A stretch of DNA of 64,000 nt from Marsupella aquatica (Eukaryota > Plantae > Marchantiophyta). Under the pieces are notes generated by a model, which saw only the letters and a program-made list of their open reading frames with translations, ran no database searches and was not told the DNA's origin. The stretch is taken from positions 12,750,828 to 12,814,827 of the forward strand of contig OZ316894.1 in NCBI GenBank assembly GCA_973895155.1, written 5' to 3'. Below are positions 50,401 through 61,279 of the stretch, piece after piece (positions within the stretch are counted from its first letter, which is position 1; the number at the start of each line of letters is the position of its first letter). Made by a program: the position numbers and the translations under genes.

Positions 50401-52053
50401 GAAGGGACCACTTGGTGGTTCGATAGGTCCACATACGTCCACATTTAGTTGTTCCAGGAAAGCCGGGATTTGATTCACAGTCTTGGGTACTGACGGTCTG
50501 ATTTGTAGTTTGCCTTGTGCACATGCGAGGCAGGGCGATTTCATGGAATTTGGGCGGACTGTTGGAGGAATACCTCTGGTATCTTGTAGGATGCGTTGAT
50601 ACATTGAGGTGCCTGGGTGGCCCAGGCGACAATGCCACAACTCTGTGATTGTTGTGTTTAGAATATTTGTTTGGAAACTCTGTATTGGTGCAGCATATAG
50701 TCCAGGTGGGTGATAAGGTAGAATCTCGTGGATGCGGGAGTTATGTCCGTCTTCTGTGAATATTTGTAAGGAGTTATCTTCATTGCCTGGTGCAGATCGA
50801 ATATGGTAGCCATTTTTCCTGATATCATGAAAACTTAATAGGTTTCTTGTGGCCCCTGGGGCATATATAGCGGATTTTATTTCGATTATAGTGTTGTTAG
50901 GGAGGAGTAACTTTGCAGGGCCGTGGCCTTCTTCTAATGCATTGATGCCTGTGATAGTGGTGATTGGGCGGCTGGAGGGAAATATCTGTTGGAAATATCG
51001 TTTGTCCTTCAATATGGTATGAGATGTGCCGCTATCCAGTATGCACATATTATAGTCTGTGAGAGAAGGTTCAGAGTGTGTATCTATGACCAGGTTGGCC
51101 TCTGTTAATGGTGTGATATTCGTATATTCAGAAAGATCTTCATCAATTTCCAAGTAGTTATTGACCATCGTGGTATTTGCTGTTGCTAGGCTTGCTTGGT
51201 ATAATTTGACCAGATGGTTTTGTACCCGACAGTCTCTTTCAATGTGGCCTGTGCCTCCACATCGAAAACATTTAGTAGTGGAAGTCCGGGAGGCTCGTGT
51301 CCACGAATTCTTACGAGGTTGGTATGAAGGCCTCGTATAATTATTTTGGCGTCGTTTTGTAAATTGGGTGTTTCTGAATCTTTGTAGTCGATTACCCTGG
51401 TTTCCAGTAAACCGGCTCTTGCCCTTGTATTTGTGTTGCGCCTGCGAAGGCGTAGCCATGTATTGAGACTCTGCTCTAGGGATTGTGCCTGGTGGTCTCA
51501 ACTTTGTGTTGCTGATGAGTAATAAATCATTCTTTTCCGCCAATAGCATGACTGCGATTAGATCAGCATACTCGGTGAAGTGCATTTGTCTGTATTGCTG
51601 AGATAGTGTCATGCTTGCTGCAGGGAAAGTAGACAACGTTTTCTCTATTCGATCGGATTCAGATATTGGGTGTCCGCATACCTTCAATTGAGAGGTGATG
51701 CGGAATAACGCACTATTATAACTAGCAATAGTCGGATGGTCAAGTACACGTAAATGTATCCAATCATTGCGTGCGGATGGGAGAGAGATCAATCTTAAAT
51801 GGTCATAGCGTCTGTTTAATGCGTCCCATAGAGCTCGAGGGTTATATTCGTCCAGGTACTGAGTTTGTAGATCGGAGTCCAAATGGTGCCGGAGGATAAA
51901 TATTGCTTGAGCTTTTGTCTGTAGATTGCCATGGTGATCAGCGAGAATTGTGTCTCCAATTCCCTTAGCATTTAGCACAATTTCGGCATTCTGTGACCAA
52001 GAGAGGTAGTTAGACCCGTCAATTTTGAGGACAGGGAATTGTAATTTTTCCAT
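47461..52053 (-). CDS. Copia gag-pol polyprotein interrupted by one in-frame TAG at 48118-48120
   Basis: Probable ATG at 52053 (MEKLQFPVLKIDGSNYLSW); zinc knuckle CFRCGGTGHIERDC; protease ILDSGT; GAG-pre-integrase WHCRLGHP; integrase DVCGP..IDNAGEF..QNGTAE; RT RLVAKG..YGLKQ..YVDD; MYLAN*TRPDIAFA continues in frame into RNase H GYADA..YEDN..ADIFTK (ORF 47461-48087). Confidence 0.92.
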
Positions 52054-52307
52054 GGCAGTAAATTGTGTGGAATACTTGGAAGTACTGTATGCTCTGTATC
52101 TTTCTTCGAGCTTTGTGGCTGTATTGCGGCGTTGTCGTTGATCCTTGCGCGTTTTAGTCAAGAATTTGGCAAAAAAAATGTCAACTGCTGTCTCCGTGTC
52201 TCTCTGATATTAGGGATCGTGTTGAAATCAAAATCCCCATGAAAAAAAATATATATACTCCCACAATCGAGAAGGGAGTTTGCATTTGCTCAGGAATGGA
52301 GGCGAAG

Positions 52308-52317
52308 GTGCTGATAA
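52308..52317 (-). other. Primer-binding site TTATCAGCAC (half-molecule initiator tRNA-Met type)
   Basis: gtgctgataa on the + strand directly abuts the 5' LTR. It is not the TGGTATCAGAGC 3'-end type. Confidence 0.75.
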
Positions 52318-52501
52318 ACTCCAAAATATTATGAAATTATGATCATCCTTCTTTGATCAATCGAATAAGTAGAAGATGACTCAAAATGGAGGAGTCTCTT
52401 CTATACAATATGGTTAGGGTAGTTATTCCTAAGCATACCCTTTGGATTCTCTAATCATATACTTTAAGGTCTCCTTTAAGGATTATCCATATATTACAAC
52501 A
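52317..52501 (-). repeat. 5' LTR (inner terminal bases missing)
   Basis: Matches 47004-47188 with 2 substitutions; lacks the tgttat present at the start of the other LTR. Confidence 0.93.
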
Positions 52502-52734
52502 AATATCAGGAAAAATCAATGTCAATTTGACAATTCTGATTATTTTTTTAATTTAAACTCAAAGTTTTTAGTATTCGTGAATAGGTGCTTTTATCGAAGC
52601 CAATTGAGCGAAGGAAATACTACAAACTGGCATATACACACATACGGTGTGACGAATTCCGAGTTTTGTTGGCAGAGGATTCTCGTCTCTACTACAGGCT
52701 TACAGTACAATGAGAGTGCGGCTTAACGCTGCAG

Positions 52735-53860
52735 ACAAGCAGATTTAGCCAGGCAATTGGGAAGATGAACAAGATCTACTGGAATTTGGACTATCCCGTT
52801 CATCTGCGATGGACAGGGAGAGAGATATGCCGCTGTCTTCTTTCCAGAATAAGTTCGATTATTTTGGTGTAAGAAACCTCGTCATACGAACCGGAAAATG
52901 GGGAGGGATCACATTGTCATTGCTATTCCTACCAGAGGATGGGATCTGGAAACTGCATCTTTAATAGGATTGGTATCTCTTCTGTTGACAACATTGTTGA
53001 CTTCAGAAACATAACTTGGAATCATCGCTTATCAGAGGCTCATATTCTACCCATCGGGCGCATCAGGCTCTCAAAATAGAAGTGTCATAGTGACGCTTGA
53101 AGGAGCCTGCTTATTATTCTGACCTATATGAGCTCTTGTATCAATGCTTTGCAAGATGTGGGTATCAGCATTTTTCCAGTCTCGTGAATTGACTGACGGG
53201 TCAATTCTTGCGTACACTCCGCGTGACACAGCTTACGAATAATGTAAAGAGTTCCATTTTGATTATGTCAGAGCTGTTCCAGTTGGTTATTAGCAGGGAA
53301 TGCAGGCAAATATTCCTGATGAGTCTGCTGCTCAAGAAGATGTTCCAGGGCGTCGTGATTATACTGGTTATGCGTACACGCTAAATGTCTCACACCAAAT
53401 TCCATCTCACTATTTCAACCATCTAAAGCAGACTTCTTTGCAGTTTTAAGTACCACTGTTGTCTCGTAACGCTAGACTCTGGGAAGGAACTTATCCAGAT
53501 TGGAAGATTCAATAACAATTCATTTACGAATTTTTTCCTTGTATTGTGTCAGCTGTAAGGACACAAACTTTCACGGACACTTAGAGAATCTCACACGCCC
53601 AGAAAATCTCTGAAGATTCTTTTGTTTCTCTTGAATTTTATCCCAGAGCGCCATTTGAGAAGTAATGACACAAGGGGCCCGTTCGGATTTGTCAAATCGG
53701 GTTTCAAAAAACGTTGGCAAGGACCATCAGCTTGACGGTTACTCTGATCTGGTATTGCAGGATTGATTGTCCACCACTTGGTAGAAGCTGACAGGAAAAA
53801 TGGATTTGCAGCGGTACAGCAAGATGTTGTTCACGAGTGCAGGGCAGAGGAAACTATGAT
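52735..53860 (+). pseudogene. Decayed PIF/Harbinger-type DDE transposase
   Basis: Motifs in the expected order across frames: DLLEFGLSRSSA (~52775), MGSGNCI (~52940), VTLEGAC (~53090), MWVSAFF...D.SIL..TP (~53156), EGTYPDWKI (~53483), PFGFVKSGFKK (~53678) and a HHLVEAD-like segment (~53772). Compare FG.S.ST / GSIDC.H / LEAV / WIWH.FFG...ND..VL..SP / DGIYP.W / AFG.L..RF / LHNMI.ED. Many stops and frameshifts. Confidence 0.55.
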
Positions 53861-54962
53861 AACTGCGGCTCTAACTTCAAGCTTTCCATAAACACGCCCA
53901 ATCTTTATATCAAGCTTCCAAAAACAGTGTCGCCTCCTCAGCTTAGAACAGGACTGCACAAGAAGTAGTTAAGTTGAAACATGCACGGCATCACCAATTC
54001 TACATCTTAAACAACCTGGTCCTAAGAAGAAATGTGGGGAACCTTCAACCTCCATTTCAATTCCTGTCCAAAGAAGCCCCAGTGATATTCTAGAAACCCA
54101 GCCTGTATGTTTAGTTGTGCGCTCAAGTTGTACTGCATATACCCGACCACAGCTTTTGAAAATACCATTGACTTAAGACATTGCTGGATGTAAGAATGTT
54201 CCAGCTGATTGACAAATGGGGAAGGCAGCTTAGGGTTTCTTGTCAACTCCTCTCCATTGCAAAATAATTATCACACAGAATTCTACTTGTAGCAGGCTGC
54301 AAAAGCTCATCACATGTTGATTTCTCAATTAAAATTTGCACAACAATTCGAGTAGAACATCAAAAACTGTGGCCGGCAGTCAGCTGAAGCCTCATCGGCT
54401 GATGAGTTCTACAGCAGTAATGGTCTAGAAGCGCCGACTCCGTGATTCTCAATGCCGTGGGAGAATATGATACCCGCTAGAACATTACCCGACTGCGACA
54501 TTATCAACGTATGACATAAACCGATGGCTGCCTCCCACTACAAGTAGAGAGAGAGCTGTAGCTATACAAGAATAGACACTAACCTACCAGTGTTTCATTT
54601 TCATCTCATGGTTAAGGATGGCACAAAATAGATTCCGGGCTGATATCGATCCACGTGATCATTAAAGAAACCTCAGGTACAAAGCATCACTCGGACAGCT
54701 TCCTCATTGACTCCATTGTAAGCTTCAGGACCAGCTGCTATATTTGTATGGAATCTCGCCGACTCTCCTTTCTAGAAGCGACAGAACAAAACCATTGAAG
54801 CTAATCACATGCGGTTTCGCTGGCCACATTAATACAAGGAGAAACTGGAATCAAGAAAATCAAGAACACAGTCTCCCCGGTCATGGCGTTCAAAGAGACC
54901 AAACGTAATGTGAAAGCTTACTCAAACAAGACCTACCTTCACCTGCACAATTACAAGTGGGA

Positions 54963-56036
54963 TTACAGCTTCTTCATGATCTCAGACGTAAACATGCGAA
55001 GGGAGGCAGAGAATTCCTGCAGTGCTCCTGAAATGTCGGCACCAATTTTCTCTGCTTGTGCAAGCTGCTCGGCGTTTTTCTGTCGTTCCAGAGCAAGCTG
55101 CTCGGAATGCTTCTGCCGTTCAAGCGCAAGCTGATCAGCATGCCTCTGCCGTTCAAGTGCAAGGAATGCTTCCTCATGGGAGCTTCTCCTAGAAGATGCA
55201 GCTGTCACTGCCTTTAGAAATTGATTCGTTAGCTTGGTGAACTGATCCTCGCTTTTTTCCCGTCGTCCGCGCTTCCATCCTCTCTGCTCGGAGACGCTAG
55301 GTGTAGTATCAACCGTTGTGCAATTGGGATCACTCCTTAGTCCCTGTTCTCCGTGGCTAGAACCATCATCATCAGCTCTGGCCTGTGCCAATGCCTGTTC
55401 CCCTCCAATCGGGCTTCCGTCACTGACACGCGTGATTTCTTCTTCGTCGAGGTTCGCAGTCAATTGTGACTCCTGCTGGGCACCTAAGTTGGGCATGCTC
55501 TCATCCCCTATGTTATCCATGAGATGGTCCGGATCAAGATTTGTAGTCCTGTGATTGGGAACCCAAACGACCATGGCTTCATACCATTCATGCAAAAAAC
55601 TTAGAGGCAACTTCCTTTTCTTCCTCTCGTCAGAACTCTGCTCGAAATACCCCAACTGTCCGCTCGAGATCTGTTTCTGGTAGTCGTATACTTTCTTGAA
55701 GTCCGTCATCAACTTTTCCCACCTCTTCTTGCATTGACCAGCCTTCCTATGCACACCTTCTCTCCCACAGAACTCTTCCACTTCCTTCCATCGATGTTCG
55801 GCCAACCTAAATTTGTCACGTGGCTTTCCAAAGGTAGTCCTCTCAGCCTCAAATCGCTTCGCCGCTATAAGAACCAGCAAATCGGACGTCTTCCATCGGG
55901 CTTGTTGTGCATCCTTCAAAGCTGCTCCAGAAATATTTCCATCCATTTGGACTTTGTTTTCTTGGACTAATCTAAAAAAATTAGGCAAAACAGAAAGGCA
56001 GAAAGTATTATCACACTGGGGTTCAATGGAAGTCAA
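54963..56036 (-). CDS. Myb/SANT-like (trihelix) DNA-binding protein with C-terminal coiled coil; Harbinger ORF1-like
   Basis: Open 357-codon frame, first ATG at MDGNISG. Contains RWKTSDLLVLIAAK, RWKEVEEFC..GVHRKAGQCKKRWEKLMTDFKKV, ERKKRKLPLSF, NLS-like KRGRREK, and LALERQ repeats x3. Confidence 0.8.
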   Translation of the reverse strand: MTSIEPQCDNTFCLSVLPNFFRLVQENKVQMDGNISGAALKDAQQARWKTSDLLVLIAAKRFEAERTTFGKPRDKFRLAEHRWKEVEEFCGREGVHRKAGQCKKRWEKLMTDFKKVYDYQKQISSGQLGYFEQSSDERKKRKLPLSFLHEWYEAMVVWVPNHRTTNLDPDHLMDNIGDESMPNLGAQQESQLTANLDEEEITRVSDGSPIGGEQALAQARADDDGSSHGEQGLRSDPNCTTVDTTPSVSEQRGWKRGRREKSEDQFTKLTNQFLKAVTAASSRRSSHEEAFLALERQRHADQLALERQKHSEQLALERQKNAEQLAQAEKIGADISGALQEFSASLRMFTSEIMKKL

Positions 56037-56995
56037 CGTCCATAGCGATAACGGCAGGCGAAAGAATTCTCAAATATGGCCTGCCGTAACGAGAGTCCCT
56101 AGGTCAGGTTACGAAAAATTAAGAGCCAATTCCACGGCTAAAGCTGCAAATCTACAGGACAAGCACCTGAAACAAATGCTGGTAATCTCAATACCAAAGC
56201 TGAGACGACCGTCTCAACAAAACATAGATCATAATGCCAAGTGAAAGATCAACTTCAAGTAGATTTTGGCACTGCCAGGAAACAAATTGACACCCCAGTT
56301 CGTTCGTACGCACAGTGCACCACACGAAATAGAGACGCATCATATATTTATGCACATGATTGTCCAAACACAATTCGTCTTGCTTAACATACACACTTGT
56401 ATCAGAAAAGTAACAAGCCATCCTAGATGGAATAATCCATTCCAAACTTTACAAAGTTTTCGTGCCTCATGAAGGCCGTCACCGCCTAGCATGCAACCCT
56501 TTGAAGTAGAGTTTACCTTACTTGGGGGAAGACCATCGATCGAGACACCGATGGTGCCTCTGCGGCTGGACCGACAGTGCAAGTCCCGAGTGACGTTGTT
56601 TCTGTTCTTATCTAGTTTCTAAAAGCCTCCACCCAGAAGTGCATCCTCTTGCGACGCTGCTGCTTTGCTTTCTCCGACCCACATGAAGCCCACTCAAGCC
56701 CTATCACCCGCACATCCTTCTTGTACAAATAGCATCTCAGAAACTCCTTCCGCGAGCTTCTCTAAGCGCACTTGCGCTCTCTGTTCTCACCTCTGTGTGT
56801 CTGTCAACCGTGCTTGGTGTTGATTTGTTGAGACTATGTTGTGTCTCGCTTTCTGTGTCTTTCGGTGTGACTCTCTGTGATCTGTCATTTGATCGAATTT
56901 GCTTGTTTCCCTCGTTGACAGCCCCTCGCACTCAGTGATTCGATGACACTGGCGGCCTCTCTCTCGCCGTCTATCTGCGCGTACGTATGGAAAAG

Positions 56996-57118
56996 TGATT
57001 ACTTTGATGCAACTCCGACATCCCTCCGGTACAGTGGAGTAAACCGTCGGGCACCATTTTAACTGATTACTTTGATGGAACTCGGACATCCCTCCGGTAC
57101 CATGGAGGGCACCATTTT
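56996..57118. repeat. Imperfect direct repeat (~60 bp x2) upstream of the Myb/SANT gene
   Basis: tgattactttgatg.aactc.gacatccctccggtac..tggag ... gggcaccatttt occurs twice. Confidence 0.85.
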
Positions 57119-57160
57119 GCTGACGTGGACAGTCAAACTACCCACACATTATACGGTTGA

Positions 57161-57932
57161 TATTAATTAATCCGTGTACCCCATGTTATTCTAGAAACTG
57201 AAATCTAGATGTAACTCCAAATCTAAAGAAAAAAAATTCAAAAATATATAAATCAATGTTTGACATTTGAAATAGCTGCCAAACTTACCAATACAACCAT
57301 AATTAATATTAAATACAAAATCAATTTTTAGAACTAAATTTATCAATGTTAAATTCATTAAAAAGCTAAATAAATTTTAGAAATTATAATCTCTTTAGTA
57401 CTCTATAAAATCTATTAATTTTAGTTTCATTCTCATGAAAGGGGTCAACATTTAAGGGGTATAACAAAAATTTCTATTCACATTAGAGATTATAAAATCA
57501 TGGGTAAAATCTATTTTTCAAAATTACTTACTCAATTCTTATCGAATGGTGACAATGTTGAGCTCATCAGGATAGTCTCTTCAAGATCTTTCCAACGCCA
57601 TATTATACGCGAGTTTTTATTATGATTGGACTCAACAATGTCAAATCAAAAATTGTTGTAAATTATGTTTTGAATAAAATCAAAATGGAAATAAAACCGT
57701 TATTGGGAGTAGTTTTACCTCAATTTTTTTGTCTTTTGATTTGCATATCAGTTTTTTTTACATTCTTTTTTACGGCATGTCGTCCCAGTTTTTACAGCAA
57801 AGTTTCACAAACACGAATGTAGAAGTTAATTTTATCCAAAAACAAATTTTTTCTTGTTTGCGGCGTGCCATGATGAGGTGGCGTGCTGTGGAGCCAGGAA
57901 TTTTGGAAAGGACCTCTAATGGGGGTCCGTAA
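57161..57932 (-). mobile_element. Helitron2-like non-autonomous element, copy B
   Basis: Left tattaattaatccgtgtacccc; right aattttggaaaggacctctaatgggggtccgtaa; AT-rich interior. Confidence 0.6.
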
Positions 57933-58162
57933 TAAATTGCCCCAAAAACTCAAAATCATAATTCACATTCCAGTTGATTTCTCGGGAAAACTTCCCAACA
58001 CTTATTCACGGTGTGTATTATGTTATAAATAAAATATAAATAATGAATGCATCATATTATGCAATATGCATTTTTCCATATGTGCATGGTACTAAGCATG
58101 AGAGATCATCTAGAGGCCCATTAATCCCTCAAATTGTATTTAGTACGACAGCGGGCAGTTAA

Positions 58163-58245
58163 GGGCACCACGCTGCCTGCCCAGCCAAAAACAACCTTTT
58201 AGGCCCACCCTTGTTCCTCCCACTCTCGATGCCCTCCTGGTGCCT
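58163..58245. mobile_element. Tiny Tourist/Harbinger-like MITE (83 bp)
   Basis: GGGCACCA...TGGTGCCT termini flanked by TAA on both sides (58160-58162, 58246-58248). Confidence 0.5.
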
Positions 58246-58319
58246 TAAGGTACAGTTGCTCACTGGGCCTTGCACTAGCCTATCGCCATATCCAGTCCCA
58301 AAATCCAGGAAAAATCCAC

Positions 58320-58402
58320 TGCCCGTAATCACGCATGGAAATGTGATAATATATAGTGTGTGCCCAGTAATCACACATGGAAATGTGATAATGTATAGTG
58401 TG
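58320..58402. repeat. ~42-bp tandem duplication
   Basis: gtaatcac.catggaaatgtgataat.tatagtgtg x2. Confidence 0.9.
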
Positions 58403-58420
58403 CACCCACTGATGTAAAGT

Positions 58421-58965
58421 AAATAATTAGGTCGTGGACCCCTTGAACGCCTGAAAGTCCACCTTCCCATTACCGTCCGCATCGACTCCCTTGATCATCT
58501 GCTGACACTTCTTATAACTATGTCCTTCTTTCATGCCCAGGTTGTTCAACACCATGCATCTGCACGTAGACGAGGCCCTTACTGAACCTTGCTAAGCTTG
58601 CTTCTCTTTCGTTCGCTCGTGCCTCATGCATTGGACAATCTAACAATAGCAAGAGGCATCACCGAGTTAGGAACTGCAATGATGACGCCATGGAAAGGAG
58701 TGTTGAGTGATCCAACATAGAATCATGTCCACACCATGGAAAGGAGTGTTGAGTGATCCAACATAGAATCATGTCCACTTCTTCCTTTGTGGCAGCAGAA
58801 GGTCGAGGCATGGCGTCCTCAATTTTACCAACATCCTGCCACAAACACGAACGGTGAAATAATTTTATTTTGTAAACCAATCCATACCTGTTTGGAGCGC
58901 GTCATGATGATGTGGTGCGCTGTGGAGTCTCAAATTTTGGAAGGGACCTCTAGTGGGGTCCGTAA
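58421..58965 (-). mobile_element. Helitron2-like non-autonomous element, copy C (contains a ~46-bp tandem duplication at 58688-58778)
   Basis: Left aaataattaggtcgtggacccc; right aaattttggaagggacctctagtggggtccgtaa. Confidence 0.6.
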
Positions 58966-61047
58966 ACAGTTTTATCATGGTATGGAGTGATGTCTACCTT
59001 GTATATGTCATCACCCAAACAACCCAGTTCAATGTATTGAATCTTTCAATGTCATATCATTCTATAATGTGGTATACATTTTTTTTTAAATTTGATTCGA
59101 GGGGCATCAAGTTCAGGAGTCTGGAGTTGCGGTTTTCACCCGGGTTTTTAGCTGTAGCAAGTGCAATCGGGATCAACTTTAGGGTCGACTAGAGGAAAGT
59201 CTGCAGCATTATTGCTTGAGAGCAACCCTGCCGACAAACAATTTTCAGCAATGTTGCAGAGTTGTTAGGGGTAATGAGTAACGAACTGCTATTTGCTGGT
59301 AATATGCAATTGGGGCCAGGGTCAGGCAGTGCCTACAAAACACTACAAAACACTGAAAGGTTGATCAAGAGAACTTGCAAGAGAGTACCCATTCTGCTGA
59401 AGGCACTAGGGAATAAAAATACAATGAAGTGAAAAGGTGATGAATGCAGCTCAAGAATGGAAGGCTATGCACAGAAATATGGCAAAAATTCAGTGTCAGG
59501 TGGTTGAAGCTTGCAGAATCACAAGACAGACAGAATTTATTCAAACTTAGACTTTATTACATTGACAATGACTGTCAAGTGTACTGCATCAAGACTAGAG
59601 ATTAGGAAATCAAAATTCCCCTCTTGAAGTTGCAGGCAGGGTTGCAGGAGAGGAGGAAGAAGAGAGGGTTGTAGCTCGAGCTCTTGAGGTTGCTACCAGA
59701 CTAGTTGTAGCCCAAACTTCTACACCAACTCCACTTGTAAGGCAAATTCCTCCCAGCTGATGTGGATGCAAAGAATCCCCTTATGAGAGTGCACCTGAAA
59801 ATGCACAAGGACTCAACATTCTGATGAGGATAGCAACAGAGAATTTTGGAAAATAATGTCAACACACCATTGAATTGGAATTGATTTCACAACACAGTGC
59901 AACACCATATGTCCCAAATACTCCCAGCCCCTAGAGCTTTTACAACAAATCTGGGCTCCTATGGATTTACATCTATGCTTGCAGGAATTTGACCAGACCT
60001 AGCACATAATATGTAGTGTCTCTGTAGCTATAACACGACTTGTAATTGCCTCTTGAAATTGAGGAAGTATAATGGAGGATGAGTTTTGAGCATTTTGATT
60101 TTAATTGCTTGCCCGCATCATATGGATGTGAGTCTCCAATTGAAGTTGTGAATGTGATGGATTGAGTGGGTAGTTGTTATTTAATTACAATTCTGAATGT
60201 TAATATTGAGTTGGTAATTATAAATTTGAATTTGTGAATGTGATGATATAATTAGTAAGTATAAAATTGCAGTTGTCAACACCACCAATTGAGCTAATTG
60301 TGCACCATCCCTCACTTGTGTTAGTTACAGACAGGTCACATTGGCAAGTCGTAGAGTACAGCCATTTTGTAAGTCAATGACTACAGGCAGGTGACATTGG
60401 CCTACAATGTTGAGTTTGTACATTGCAGAGTGGCCTGCATCAGCATGAGTTTGGGCATGGGCACTGTCAAGCTCATTTGAGCATGAACACAAGTTTCAAC
60501 AAGGGCACTAGACAATTCTTCATCATGGGCATTGGTTTGCCTGCCCTAAAAGGGCTCGGCACTCTCCACTCTCCCATTCTCAAACACTCTCTTGCCTGCT
60601 AGAGAGAATTACAAAGAAACTTCAGGGGAGGCCTGCAAGCACAGGGGATTGAGTGGTGGGCTGGTTTGCATGGAGGCCTGCTCATAAGAGGGCAATCAAG
60701 CTCTCTGTTTGTTCCACTGTTGGGAATTTACCATTAGCGTACATCTACAGTAGCTTTCAGGTGCAAGCTATCAAGCTCACATTTTCAGCTCCAAAGCATG
60801 CCTCCAAAACGGAGTGAGATTTGCCGACAACCACCTTTATATGGCTCCTTATTGTAAACCTAGGTAGGCAAGCCATCAGCAGCAGCCAGCCATGATTGAC
60901 TACACAGGCCAAAAGCTTTATGAAAGTCGTAGAGTATCACTAATGGCCCCCAATCACTAAAAGGCCAGTACTTTAAGGAAGAGCCAAAAAGCATAGTAGT
61001 AGGCTAGGGTAAGCCTGGGGATAAGACTGTATAGACTAGGGTACAAT

Positions 61048-61279
61048 AGGGCATCTCAAAGCTGACAATTTGATGGACCTCAACTCACTAGTTATGGGTT
61101 AAGGACACAAACAGTTATGGACCACAAAATTCATAGTCCATGCATAACTTTTTGCCATAAGGATTTGTTGTATGCCATTACCATTAGTCACTGTAGAGGC
61201 TCTTGTGAAAAAGTTATGACCATTCCTTTAATTATGGCTGAATGCCATCACCTGTAATTTGGCAGCTTTGAGACACCCT
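61048..61279. mobile_element. Tourist-like MITE (~230 bp)
   Basis: TIRs agggcatctcaaagctgacaa / ttggcagctttgagacaccct; AAT on both flanks (61045-61047, 61280-61282). Confidence 0.75.

Larger units (their letters stand above)
46998..52501 (-). mobile_element. Full-length Ty1/copia LTR retrotransposon, Bianca-like, recent insertion
   Basis: Outer termini TGTT...AACA; TSD AATAT at 46993-46997 and 52502-52506; LTRs 46998-47188 and ~52317-52501 with 2 mismatches in 185 bp; PBS TTATCAGCAC; PPT AGGGGGAG; gag-PR-INT-RT-RH order. Confidence 0.95.

Noticed and set aside
59100-60100. Protein-like + strand stretch (e.g. AAQEWKAM)
   Set aside because: Frequent stops and no assignable domain; too decayed to call.
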